Assembly (NCBI GenBank): GCA_910579395.1
Contig: CAJTUC010000019.1
Span: 3,535 to 67,534 of the forward strand
Direction: 5' to 3'
DNA length: 64,000 bases
From: an uncultured Lachnospiraceae bacterium
Lineage (GTDB): Bacteria > Bacillota > Clostridia > Lachnospirales > Lachnospiraceae
How positions within the stretch are numbered: position 1 is the stretch's first letter; every line of letters begins with the position of its first letter. The translations under genes and the position numbers were made by a program. Shown piece after piece: positions 34,670 to 44,478 of the stretch. The notes below the pieces were generated by a model, which was not told the origin of the DNA, searched no databases, and saw only the letters and a list, made by a program, of their open reading frames with translations.

Positions 34670-36160
34670 TCAGAATGCAGCCATATTCCAGCGCAGTTCC
34701 TTCTTGAAATCACGAATATTGGTGTTCTTATCGATGACAACACTTTCGATTCCCATCGCTGCTGCCCAGTCTTCCATCTGCTCCACTGTCAGGTCATATG
34801 AGAATGCCGTATGATGTGCGCCGCCCGCAAGAATCCAAGCAGTCGCTCCGATTTCCATGTTCGGCTGCGGCGTCCAGAATGCCGTACCAACTGGAAGCTT
34901 CGGCATCGGCTTCTCCACTTTCTTGCAGTCTACCGCATTGATCAGAAGCCGGAATCTCGTTCCGAGGTCAACTAACGAGCAGGCAATCGCAGGACCTGTC
35001 TTGGAGGTAAATACGAGACGCGCCGGATCCTCTCTGTTACCCATGGAAAGCGGACATACTTTGATACCGATCTCGCCTTCCGCTACGGAAGGACATACTT
35101 CCAGCATATGTGCCTGCAAAATGCCCTCTTTGCCCGGAACCAGATTGTAGGTATAATCTTCCATCATGGAAGTTCCTTTTGCATCTTTGATATCCGCTGT
35201 CATCAATTTCATCAGACGAACCATAGCCGCTACTTTCCAGTCGCCTTCCGCGCCGAATCCATAACCTTTCTCCATCAGTCTCTGAATGGAAAGGCCGGGT
35301 AACTGCTGTAAACCGCCCAGCATACCGAAATGCGTAACAACCGCGTGATAATCATTCTCTGTCAGGAATTTTTCGATACCAATTTCCTGTTTTGCCTGTA
35401 CGGCAACGTGTTTTCTAAATTCGTCTAAATCTCTGCCCTCATCGATGATCTTGTATTTGCTGTAATATTCTTCCACAAGGGCATCCACGTCCCCCTGCGG
35501 CACAGCATTGACATATTCTACCAGGTCGTTGACACAGTAATGATCGATTTCCCAGCCGAACTTGATCTGCGCTTCGACCTTATCGCCTTCCGTTACGGCC
35601 ACGTTATTCATGTTATCGCCGAAACGGCATACTCTGACATGGGAAGATTCAATAACACCGAGCGCCGTCCGCATCCAGCTGCCCAATTGGTCCTGCACCC
35701 TTTCGGATGCCCAGTGCCCGACGATGATCTTCCGCTCGATTCCCATACGGCTCACGATATGTCCATATTCCCTGTCTCCATGCGCCGACTGATTTTCATT
35801 CATGAAGTCCATATCTATTGTATCATATGGAAGCTCTTCATTAAACTGTGTATGTAAATGACAAAGCGGTTTTTTAAATTCCTTCAGGCCGAGTATCCAC
35901 ATCTTCGCCGGGGAAAAGGTGTGCATCCAGGTAATAACGCCAGCACAGTCTTCATCATTGTTCGCATCGTTAAAAGTCTTTCTGATGGATGCCTGACTGA
36001 TCAAAGTCGGCTTACACACTACTTCAAAAGGCAGCTTCCCGGAAGCGTTCAGTCCTTCCACGATTTTCGCCGAATGCTCCGCCACCTTTTTTAAGCATTC
36101 ATCTCCGTACAGATCCTGTGAACCGGTACAGAACCAGAATTTATAATTTTTTGTCTGCAT
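34670..36160 (-). CDS. araA: L-arabinose isomerase
   Basis: N-terminus KFWFCTGSQDLYG, roughly 496 aa, family-typical GAEGDWK and HTFS segments. Confidence 0.9.
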   Translation of the reverse strand: MQTKNYKFWFCTGSQDLYGDECLKKVAEHSAKIVEGLNASGKLPFEVVCKPTLISQASIRKTFNDANNDEDCAGVITWMHTFSPAKMWILGLKEFKKPLCHLHTQFNEELPYDTIDMDFMNENQSAHGDREYGHIVSRMGIERKIIVGHWASERVQDQLGSWMRTALGVIESSHVRVCRFGDNMNNVAVTEGDKVEAQIKFGWEIDHYCVNDLVEYVNAVPQGDVDALVEEYYSKYKIIDEGRDLDEFRKHVAVQAKQEIGIEKFLTENDYHAVVTHFGMLGGLQQLPGLSIQRLMEKGYGFGAEGDWKVAAMVRLMKLMTADIKDAKGTSMMEDYTYNLVPGKEGILQAHMLEVCPSVAEGEIGIKVCPLSMGNREDPARLVFTSKTGPAIACSLVDLGTRFRLLINAVDCKKVEKPMPKLPVGTAFWTPQPNMEIGATAWILAGGAHHTAFSYDLTVEQMEDWAAAMGIESVVIDKNTNIRDFKKELRWNMAAF

Positions 36161-36297
36161 AGACTCCTCTCTTTCCGCCGCCTCTGCGGCACAAACATCA
36201 TGATTGACTTCTCTGCCTATTTGGAAAGGGCTGCCAGATCGGCAATCATTTATTACCGGCATGGCAGCCCGTTCTCCCTGTTATCAAAAAACTTTCT

Positions 36298-37353
36298 TTA
36301 TTTTTTCTTACGCGCCATAACGACACTCTGAACGATCAGGAACAGACACAGCATAGCCGCAATCGTAATTCCTGTCCACCAGGCATCATCAAGCCCTGCA
36401 GACGAAACGATATTCTGAATCGTACTCAATGACAGAACGCCGACAAATGTACCGAAGATATTGCCGACACCGCCCGTCAGCATCGTACCGCCTATAATGG
36501 AGGATGCGATTGCATTCATTTCCGCGCCGGTCGCATGGGACGGCGAGCCGGAACCAACGTGCATAAAGTATACGAATCCACCGATTCCCGCTAACAGTCC
36601 GCAAAGAAGATGCGCCAAAAATTTCGTTCTCTTTACATTGATACCCAGCATCATCGCGCTCTGAGCATTACCGCCGACCGCATAAAACTGACGGCCGAGT
36701 TTGGTCCATTTGAGTGCAAAGAAAAGAATAGCAACAACCACCAGCGCAACAATAACGCCAATCTCAATATAAGCGTTGACATAATTTCCAAGTTTATTGA
36801 CCGAACCCATGCCGGGTACAACAATACGAGTCCCTTTCAGAGCAACAAACGCTTCATTTTGTACATTGAACGGATCAGTATTGACAATTGTCGTCATACC
36901 GCGGGCAAAGAACATACCGGCCAATGTAACGATAAACGGCTGAATCTCCAAATAGGCGATCAGAAATCCCTGTACAAGGCCAAAAGCAAGCCCGATTGCG
37001 AGCGCGATTACAATCGCCATGAATACATTTCCGTTATGGAAGTCCAGATACACCGCACAGCACATACAGACAAGCGCGGTGACACCGCCTATGGAAATAT
37101 CGATTCCCTTCGTGATCATAACAAGGCTCATGCCGCAGGACAAAATGATCAGCGCCGCCTGTGCATTCAATATATTGAAAAAGGTCTGCGGTTTCCGGAA
37201 GCCTGATCCAAGAAATATGACTGCACCGATATACATCAATAGAAATACAACGATCGTGATCGTAAGGAGCAGATTCGTATCGGTCATGTTTTTGAATTTA
37301 TTTGCCAATCCGCCGGATGCGGATGTTTTCTTTTTCGATGACATACTAAGCAA
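36298..37353 (-). CDS. sugar ABC transporter permease (YjfF-like, ribose/galactofuranose family)
   Basis: Multi-TM BPD type-2 permease. 8-nt overlap with the upstream permease gene. Confidence 0.85.
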   Translation of the reverse strand: MLSMSSKKKTSASGGLANKFKNMTDTNLLLTITIVVFLLMYIGAVIFLGSGFRKPQTFFNILNAQAALIILSCGMSLVMITKGIDISIGGVTALVCMCCAVYLDFHNGNVFMAIVIALAIGLAFGLVQGFLIAYLEIQPFIVTLAGMFFARGMTTIVNTDPFNVQNEAFVALKGTRIVVPGMGSVNKLGNYVNAYIEIGVIVALVVVAILFFALKWTKLGRQFYAVGGNAQSAMMLGINVKRTKFLAHLLCGLLAGIGGFVYFMHVGSGSPSHATGAEMNAIASSIIGGTMLTGGVGNIFGTFVGVLSLSTIQNIVSSAGLDDAWWTGITIAAMLCLFLIVQSVVMARKKK

Positions 37354-38431
37354 CCTCCTTCGTCTGTAATTTCTTCATGGTCGCAGAGAACCATTCCCTT
37401 ACTACCGGTGCACTGATAACAACCAGAACAATGACAACGACTGCTTTATACGCCGGAAGCGCTGTTGATTTCACATTAAATTTAAACAATGTCTGCGTCA
37501 GGAACTGAATGACATAGGCGCCAATAATAGACGCCGTCATGTTAAACTTACCGCCGCCGAGCGCATTTCCGCCGAGCGCGACCGCCAGAATGGCATCCAT
37601 CTCAATATCCTTCGCAATGACCGAATAATTGATGGAAGAAACACGACTTGTTTTGATCAGTCCGACGACTGCAACACACAGACCGAGGATTACGAACGAA
37701 AGCACTTTGATGACCTGCGGATTCAGTCCGTTCAATCTGGAAGAATTTTCATTAATACCTACCGCCTGTGTATACAATCTGAGGTTCGTGAACTTCAGAA
37801 CAAGACCGATCACGATCATACAAATAATCGCGATAAAGAACGGTGTCGGAATTGGAATACCCGGTATAAAGCCGCCAAAATATCCGAAAGAAGGATCATT
37901 AACGATTGGCAGCTCATTGTTGTTGATCCATGCCGCAATAGAACGGCCCGCTGTATAGAGAATCAGCGTTGCGACCATCGGCTGTATTTTAAAGTAAGCC
38001 ACCAGCACACCGTTAAACGCGCCGAACAGCATCGCTACGACACAACACACGAGAAAAGCAACAATGATCGGAGCCTGCAATGTTTCCGGACGTGTATCCC
38101 GACCGCAGAGCACACGGAGCAATACGCTTCCCGCAATTGCTACAGCCGCGCCGACGCTGATATCCTGTCCGCCGGTAGCCGCGGTAACGAGCGTCATGCC
38201 GATTGCCAGAATCGCAACTTCGGAACCGGAATCCAGAATCGTCACCAAAAAGCCAGACAGAACCGGATTTCCCAGATTATTATAGCCCAGCGTGATCTTA
38301 AAGAAACTCGGGTCTGCAATCAAGTTAAATAAAGCAAGCAAAAGCAGTGCTGCCAACGGAATAAAAATCTGATTCCTGAATATTTTTGTGAAATTATTAC
38401 TATTTGATTTTTTTAATTCCTTCGTCCCCAT
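37346..38431 (-). CDS. sugar ABC transporter permease (YtfT-like)
   Basis: Multi-TM. Abuts the ATPase gene stop. Confidence 0.85.
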   Translation of the reverse strand: MGTKELKKSNSNNFTKIFRNQIFIPLAALLLLALFNLIADPSFFKITLGYNNLGNPVLSGFLVTILDSGSEVAILAIGMTLVTAATGGQDISVGAAVAIAGSVLLRVLCGRDTRPETLQAPIIVAFLVCCVVAMLFGAFNGVLVAYFKIQPMVATLILYTAGRSIAAWINNNELPIVNDPSFGYFGGFIPGIPIPTPFFIAIICMIVIGLVLKFTNLRLYTQAVGINENSSRLNGLNPQVIKVLSFVILGLCVAVVGLIKTSRVSSINYSVIAKDIEMDAILAVALGGNALGGGKFNMTASIIGAYVIQFLTQTLFKFNVKSTALPAYKAVVVIVLVVISAPVVREWFSATMKKLQTKEVA

Positions 38432-39949
38432 CTATTTATCACCTCCGGCAATGGTATTCATGATCGTTGTCTGGTTCAGTTCGTCACCGGAAAGTTCGCC
38501 TACGACCTTGCGGTCTCTCATGACGATCAGTCTTGAACAGGTACGCAGCATCTCATCCATTTCGGAAGAAATAAAGGTAACGCTCATACCTTCCGATGCC
38601 AGTTTCAACACCAGTTTCTGGATATCCACCTTTGTTCCGACATCGATACCTCTCGTCGGTTCATCCAGAATCAGATAATCCGGATGGGTTAACAGCCAGC
38701 GGGCCAGAATAACTTTCTGCTGATTTCCGCCGGAAAGCGATTTGATCGGCGTATCCGCAGAAGCCGTTTTAATGCTCAGAAGTTTAATATATTCGTCCGC
38801 AAATTTATTCGCTTCAGCCTTGGAGAAAGGTTTAAAGAATCCTTTCAGTACCTGCTGTGCGAGAATCAGATTGTCGCGTACGGACAGTTCTCCGACAATG
38901 CCGTCAATCTTACGGTCTTCCGGAAGATAGGCAATACCCTGCCGCATCGCATCAATCGGTTTTGATATCTTAATATCTTTACCATCCTTTTTCACCTTGC
39001 CGCCAAGCACTCTGTCTGCGCCGAAAATAGCACGGACACATTCACTTCTGCCCGAACCGAGCAAACCGGTGAATCCGTTTACTTCTCCTTTATCGATATG
39101 GAAATTAAACGGCTTGATACCCGCATCGCTGTAAAGTTTTTCTGCCTCGAATACGGGAGCCGTGTCCTTCTTCCTCTCATATGCTTTCTGTTCGCCCTGA
39201 ATATCCGCCATATCGTCAAGCTCCTTACCGAGCATCGCAGAAACAAGTTTTACGCGGGGCAAATCCTTGATTTCGTATTCTCCTACCAGCTTACCGTCGC
39301 GCATGACCGTAATCCTGTCGCATATTTCATATACCTGATCCAGGAAATGCGTAACGAAAATGATGCCGACGCCTCTTTTTTTCAGGTCACGCATCAATTT
39401 GAACAGCTTTGCGACTTCCTGCTCATCCAGAGATGAGGTCGGCTCATCGAGAATCAATACCTTACATTCCATATCTACCGCACGGGCAATTGCGATCATC
39501 TGCTGAACCGCAATAGAGCAGCTCTCGAGCTGCTGTGTCGCCGTCGCCGGTATCTCCAGTGACTGTAAGATTTTCTCTGTATCTTCATTCATCTTTTTCC
39601 AGTTCTGATAAACGCTCTGCGTTCTTCCTATGTACATATTCTCTGCAACCGAAAGGTTCGGGCACAGCGTAATTTCCTGATAAACGGTACTGATGCCGAC
39701 TTTCTGTGCATCCTGCGGCGAACGGATCGATGCCGCCTTCCCCTCTAACGAAATCGTTCCTTCATCCTTTACATAACCGGATACACCGGTCAGGACCTTG
39801 ATTAAAGTTGATTTTCCGGCGCCGTTTTCGCCCATCAGCGCATGTACCTCTCCGGCACGCAGTGTAAAGTCAACCCCCTGTAATGCGCGTACGCCGGGAA
39901 AGCTCTTATGAATATTTCTCATTTCCAATAAAGCGCTTTCTTTCCCCAC
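38432..39949 (-). CDS. sugar ABC transporter ATP-binding protein with duplicated ATPase domains (YtfR/RbsA type)
   Basis: Two Walker A / signature sets (GENGAGKST, LSGGNQQKV). Start set at the GTG at 39949, 8 nt after GGAGG. Confidence 0.85.
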   Translation of the reverse strand: MGKESALLEMRNIHKSFPGVRALQGVDFTLRAGEVHALMGENGAGKSTLIKVLTGVSGYVKDEGTISLEGKAASIRSPQDAQKVGISTVYQEITLCPNLSVAENMYIGRTQSVYQNWKKMNEDTEKILQSLEIPATATQQLESCSIAVQQMIAIARAVDMECKVLILDEPTSSLDEQEVAKLFKLMRDLKKRGVGIIFVTHFLDQVYEICDRITVMRDGKLVGEYEIKDLPRVKLVSAMLGKELDDMADIQGEQKAYERKKDTAPVFEAEKLYSDAGIKPFNFHIDKGEVNGFTGLLGSGRSECVRAIFGADRVLGGKVKKDGKDIKISKPIDAMRQGIAYLPEDRKIDGIVGELSVRDNLILAQQVLKGFFKPFSKAEANKFADEYIKLLSIKTASADTPIKSLSGGNQQKVILARWLLTHPDYLILDEPTRGIDVGTKVDIQKLVLKLASEGMSVTFISSEMDEMLRTCSRLIVMRDRKVVGELSGDELNQTTIMNTIAGGDK

Positions 39950-40117
39950 TAAGTCCACCTCCTGTAATTTTGTGTTTCAAAAACAACGGACAGCACGCTT
40001 CGCGGGCTATCCTTATGTTAATAAAGATGTTAATAAAGCGCGGTGCAGGCCTGTATTCCACGCTGCGCCGCGCCTATTATCGCTATTATTATAAGCTATA
40101 TTCGTTTAAATGACAAC

Positions 40118-41242
40118 TTAGATACCATAATTTTTAACATCATCTGCTGTGATCGTTGTCGCATCGAAGCCCTTCTCATCCATGATGATCGTCTTTTCGG
40201 TAAGTGTTTCGCCGTTCTCTAATTTCTTGATGATATCGCTGATATAAGAGGACTGGAACGGATTACACTGTCCATCGTAATTCCAGTTACCGTCAAGCAG
40301 TTCCTGAAGCGCCCACTGATTGCAGTCAAATCCCATAATAATTACGTCTCCGTCAACACCGTGAGAGATGTTTGCACTGTCCAGCGCTGCTACCGCACCT
40401 CTTGCCATATCATCGTTCTCTGCATAGATTACATTGAAAGATGTACCGGAATCGATTACAGACTGAACAATCTGCTGTGCTGTTTCTGCATTCCAGTCTG
40501 CAGTCTGCTGTGTAACGATGTTCCATCCTTCGGACGTTGCTGTATCAGTGAGTGCGCCGGAACGGCCTACCTGTGCTGCAGAGCCCATAACACCCTGAAG
40601 ATGAATGATGTTGTACTCGCTGAGTCCCTGACTCTTTAACCATTCAACTGCCGTCTGGCCTTCTTTATCCATATCGGAAACGATAGAACCTTCATAAAGG
40701 CTCTCGTCCGCATCGATTACACGGTCGAACAGGATAACTCTAACGCCCGCATCCTGTGCATCCTGTAAGGTGGAATCCCATCCGGCTGTACCAGCTGCGG
40801 AGAGGAGAAGATAATCAACACCGTCCTGGATGAACTTCTGTGCTGCTGCAATCTGCTCGTCGTTCTCATTGCTGTAAGCGAAAGATGCGTCATAGCCATT
40901 CTCTTCTGTGAAAGTTGCTTTCAAATCTTTATCATTTGCTGTACGATATCCGGACTCGTTCGGGTCATTGTTGATGATACCGACTTTAATCAGCTCGTCA
41001 GAGCTTGCGGATGTATCAGCTGCTGCATCATTGGATGCCGTGTCCGCTGCTGTATCATTGGATGCCGTGTCTGCTGCTGCATCATTGGATGCCGTGTCTG
41101 CTGCTGCATCTGTTGTTGCAGCCGTATCATTTGTTGCTGCTGTGTCTGTTGTTGCCGGTGTACTGCCGCTGTTTCCACATCCGGTAACAACTGCAGCTAC
41201 CATTGCAAGGCTAAGTACCATGCTCACTACTTTCTTTTTCAT
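40118..41242 (-). CDS. sugar ABC substrate-binding lipoprotein (YtfQ/PBP1 type) with a repetitive T/D/A/N linker
   Basis: Lipobox VVTGC. About 60 aa of low-complexity linker, then a PBP1 fold. Start at the ATG at 41242, 8 nt after GGAGG. Confidence 0.85.
   Translation of the reverse strand: MKKKVVSMVLSLAMVAAVVTGCGNSGSTPATTDTAATNDTAATTDAAADTASNDAAADTASNDTAADTASNDAAADTSASSDELIKVGIINNDPNESGYRTANDKDLKATFTEENGYDASFAYSNENDEQIAAAQKFIQDGVDYLLLSAAGTAGWDSTLQDAQDAGVRVILFDRVIDADESLYEGSIVSDMDKEGQTAVEWLKSQGLSEYNIIHLQGVMGSAAQVGRSGALTDTATSEGWNIVTQQTADWNAETAQQIVQSVIDSGTSFNVIYAENDDMARGAVAALDSANISHGVDGDVIIMGFDCNQWALQELLDGNWNYDGQCNPFQSSYISDIIKKLENGETLTEKTIIMDEKGFDATTITADDVKNYGI
41019..41160. repeat. 27-nt tandem repeat (3 good units plus degenerate units) encoding the DTASNDAAA linker
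   Basis: GCTGCTGCATCATTGGATGCCGTGTCY is repeated head to tail inside the SBP gene. Confidence 0.85.
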
Positions 41243-41720
41243 ATTCATATCCTCCTTCTGTTTTGCGTGAGAACTGGTCTGACAAAAACAAGTTCAGGTC
41301 GTTCTCAATGACTAAACTTTAACAGAAACAAGAATCTATTTCAAGCTTTTTTCGTTGTATTAACTAATTTGAACGCTTTTGATAATACAAATTTTGTCGA
41401 AAAAGGCGTATTTTTAATACAAATTTTTGAAACTTACAAAATTTTATGATTCTCTGTCCGTTTTAGTACATTTTTTTCTTTTTTATTGAATTTACGAATA
41501 TATAATAAATATTTTTACATAGTCAAATCTTCTACGGAATGATAAAAGAGTGATTTTTTTATTCTGTTATGATACGGTTATCATAAATTTTTTGTACCGC
41601 AAATTGATAAAATCTCTTAATCTTGGAGAAAAATTATGATATTTTTATAATAGAAATCTTTTACAGGAAAAAGTTAACGGACACAAGCGCAATATCACGG
41701 GAAAGGAATCAGGCATACCG

Positions 41721-42806
41721 ATGGAATCAAAATACAGGCAGCTCGCCGAAATCTTAAAAAATAGACTGGAAAAAGACATCCGGCAGGGATTCTACAAGCT
41801 GCCGACGGAAAAAGAATTATGCGCCCAATTCCAGGTCAGCCGCCAGACTGTTCGTCAGGCGCTTCAGCTTTTGTCGCAGGAGGGACTGATCGCCAGAAAA
41901 CAGGGAAGTGGCTCTTATGCGACCGGCCTTCTCCCGGAAATGTCTAAAAATCATGTAGCCATCCTGCTTTCTTCCGATATGGAATATATTTTTCCCGCGC
42001 TGCTCGGCGATCTGGAAACTTTCCTGTCTAAAGAAGGATATTCCGTCTCTGTTTTCATCACGCACAACCGGACCGATATAGAACGCTCCATTTTACAATC
42101 ACTTACCGAAACACCCCTTCGCGGACTGATTGCGGAACCTTCCCGTTCCGGCCTTCCGACACCGAACTTCGATTTATATGAGAAACTTTCCGCTCAAGGC
42201 ACAAATATTGTATTTTTTCACGGCTATTATTCCAATCTTCCGCCCTGTTCCTATGTAAAAGACGATAATTATTCCGGCGGCTTCGCGCTCGGACAATTCC
42301 TGATGGAGCGCCGGCACAGACAGATTGCCGGTATCTTCCAGCTCGACACGATTCAGGGACAGGAGCGCCATCTCGGCTTTACACGCTCCATGCTGGAATC
42401 CGGACTTCCCATTGATGAAGACACGGTCGCATGGTTTACGACCGAGCAGCTCGTCCGCCTCGAAAAAAAACAGGATACCAGATTTCTTTCGGACTTTATA
42501 AAACGAAATCTGAGTTCCTGTTCTGCCGTTATCTGCCATAATGACGAAATCGCCTACTGGCTGATCAAAGAACTTTCCTATGCGGGACTCCACGTTCCCG
42601 AAGATATCAGCATTGCGAGTTTCGACAACAGTTACCTGAGTGAGCTTTCAGTGCCCGGTCTGACCTCTCTTTCCCATAAGCCGCATGAAATGGCCATCGC
42701 AGCAGTCTCTCTTCTGATGAAAAAAATGCAGGGACAGAATGCCGTATCGATGCAGCTTCCCTGGAGCCTCATCGAACGCAGCAGCGTATCCTTCTGGACG
42801 GACTAG
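41721..42806 (+). CDS. araR: GntR-family regulator with a LacI-type sugar-binding domain (AraR architecture)
   Basis: N-terminal GntR wHTH (LPTEKELCAQFQVSRQTVRQALQLLSQEGLI) plus a PBP1 effector domain. Divergent from the arabinose operon. Confidence 0.8.
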   Translation: MESKYRQLAEILKNRLEKDIRQGFYKLPTEKELCAQFQVSRQTVRQALQLLSQEGLIARKQGSGSYATGLLPEMSKNHVAILLSSDMEYIFPALLGDLETFLSKEGYSVSVFITHNRTDIERSILQSLTETPLRGLIAEPSRSGLPTPNFDLYEKLSAQGTNIVFFHGYYSNLPPCSYVKDDNYSGGFALGQFLMERRHRQIAGIFQLDTIQGQERHLGFTRSMLESGLPIDEDTVAWFTTEQLVRLEKKQDTRFLSDFIKRNLSSCSAVICHNDEIAYWLIKELSYAGLHVPEDISIASFDNSYLSELSVPGLTSLSHKPHEMAIAAVSLLMKKMQGQNAVSMQLPWSLIERSSVSFWTD

Positions 42807-44443
42807 TCCCGTGCCCCTGCGTTTTCGAGCTCACTCATTGCGCGGTATTCCCTCGGTGTACAGCCCTGCGTTTTCTTAAAGACAAAGCTGAAATAATGCG
42901 GATTTTTATAACCGACCGCCAGTGCGATCTCATTAGAACGCATCTCCGTCTCCCGCAACAGGCTTTTGGCTTTCTCCATACGCTTCTGCGTCACATATTC
43001 TACGAAAGTCATCTGCATTTCCTGACTGAACATGGCGCTGAAATAATTGGGGCTCACCTCCTGCGCCGCCGCAATTTCATTGAGGGACAGACTTTCCCTC
43101 ATATAATTTGCTTCGATATACTCCAACGATTTCTTCAACGCTTTTTTGCTCTGGCTCTTATTCTCCCGGTCGCGGAACGCGATTGCCTGTGTCAGCATTT
43201 CTTCTATATAACGCCGCATATTTTCCAGACCGATTTCCATCTTCTGAACATCTTCTAATCGGACACTCTGCAGAAACTCCTGCTGAGTCACCCCGATTTC
43301 CTCCATATAAGAAAGCACCGTGAAACGCACATTCAACAGCGTATAGTCCCAGAAAATCCTGGATTTCAAAGCCTGATCCATTCCCAGCAGAAAATTGTTG
43401 ACGAACTCCCCTGCCTCATCTTTCTGCCCTTTTGCAAGAAAACTTTTGATCAGCTCCGGGTTTGTCTTATTCATATCGACAACTTCCAAAGCCCCATCTC
43501 CGGCCTCCGAGGCCAGTCCCTCCGCCTGCTTTTCGGACAGAATATGCTTCGACGGTTCGAAGAAGCGATAATTAAAAATATGATTCAGTTTCCGGTAACA
43601 TTCGGAAAGCTGGCTGAACCGTTCAATCGGACTGCCGGCTGCCGCATACCAGTTGGTTTCTTCTTCATACTGCACACAAATCTGTTCTATGCCTTCCAGA
43701 CATTTATCCGTCCGTTCCGCAATGTTCTCTTTCTCCCCTTTTATCATAATGCCGTAAATACTGATATTCCATCGGAACACCAGATAGTAACTGGAAAAAC
43801 GCATGAGAAAGCGCATCAGTTCCTCATAACATTTCTGACAGGCTTCCCCCGCCTGCTGTTTATTCGCCTTTTCCTGCACATCGATCAGAACAAGGTTATA
43901 AAAAGGCGCGTTAATATCCAGAGAATGTTTCTGCGCTTCCTCATAAATCTCCTGAACAGATAACTTTCCGGCAAACACTTTTTCGAAAAAAGTCCGCAGG
44001 AAAAACTGCTCATATTCGTGCATATCATCCTGATATTTATGGAGATAATTTTTCTGTTCCTGCTCCGACTCGATTTTTTCCTTTACTTCCGTCAGCGCCT
44101 TCTGCAGAGTGCGCCTTGTAATCGGTTTGAGCAGGTACTGCTCCACCCCTTCTCTGATGGCCTGCCTTGCGTATTCAAAATCATCATACCCGCTGATGAT
44201 GATGATCTTCATCTCCGGAAATTCCTGTCCGACAATATGACTGAGCGTCAGGCCGTCCATAAAGGGCATCTTGATATCCGTGATCAGCACATCCGGCCGG
44301 GTCTTTCTAATTAAAGGCAGAGCCATTTCCCCGTCACCCGCTTCCCCGACGAATTGATAACCGAACTGCTGCCATGGAATATTATCACGCAGTCCTTCCC
44401 TGACGACACTCTCATCTTCCACCAAAAAAACTTTTAACGCCAT
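42803..44443 (-). CDS. response regulator with AraC-type HTH output (YesN-like)
   Basis: Receiver domain (DVLITDIKMPFMDG) and C-terminal AraC HTH (YKNPHYFSFVFKKTQGCTPREYR). Confidence 0.9.
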   Translation of the reverse strand: MALKVFLVEDESVVREGLRDNIPWQQFGYQFVGEAGDGEMALPLIRKTRPDVLITDIKMPFMDGLTLSHIVGQEFPEMKIIIISGYDDFEYARQAIREGVEQYLLKPITRRTLQKALTEVKEKIESEQEQKNYLHKYQDDMHEYEQFFLRTFFEKVFAGKLSVQEIYEEAQKHSLDINAPFYNLVLIDVQEKANKQQAGEACQKCYEELMRFLMRFSSYYLVFRWNISIYGIMIKGEKENIAERTDKCLEGIEQICVQYEEETNWYAAAGSPIERFSQLSECYRKLNHIFNYRFFEPSKHILSEKQAEGLASEAGDGALEVVDMNKTNPELIKSFLAKGQKDEAGEFVNNFLLGMDQALKSRIFWDYTLLNVRFTVLSYMEEIGVTQQEFLQSVRLEDVQKMEIGLENMRRYIEEMLTQAIAFRDRENKSQSKKALKKSLEYIEANYMRESLSLNEIAAAQEVSPNYFSAMFSQEMQMTFVEYVTQKRMEKAKSLLRETEMRSNEIALAVGYKNPHYFSFVFKKTQGCTPREYRAMSELENAGARD

Positions 44444-44478
44444 TTTTACACCTCCTATCCGCTCTAACAGACATCAAC

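Noticed and set aside
40908-41270. ORFs on both strands across the SBP linker (40908-41270, 40990-41190, 41005-41187), and the possibility that the 27-nt repeats are a CRISPR array
   Set aside because: The repeats are contiguous without spacers and in frame within the lipoprotein gene, and no cas genes are present. The alternative ORFs are repeat-driven.
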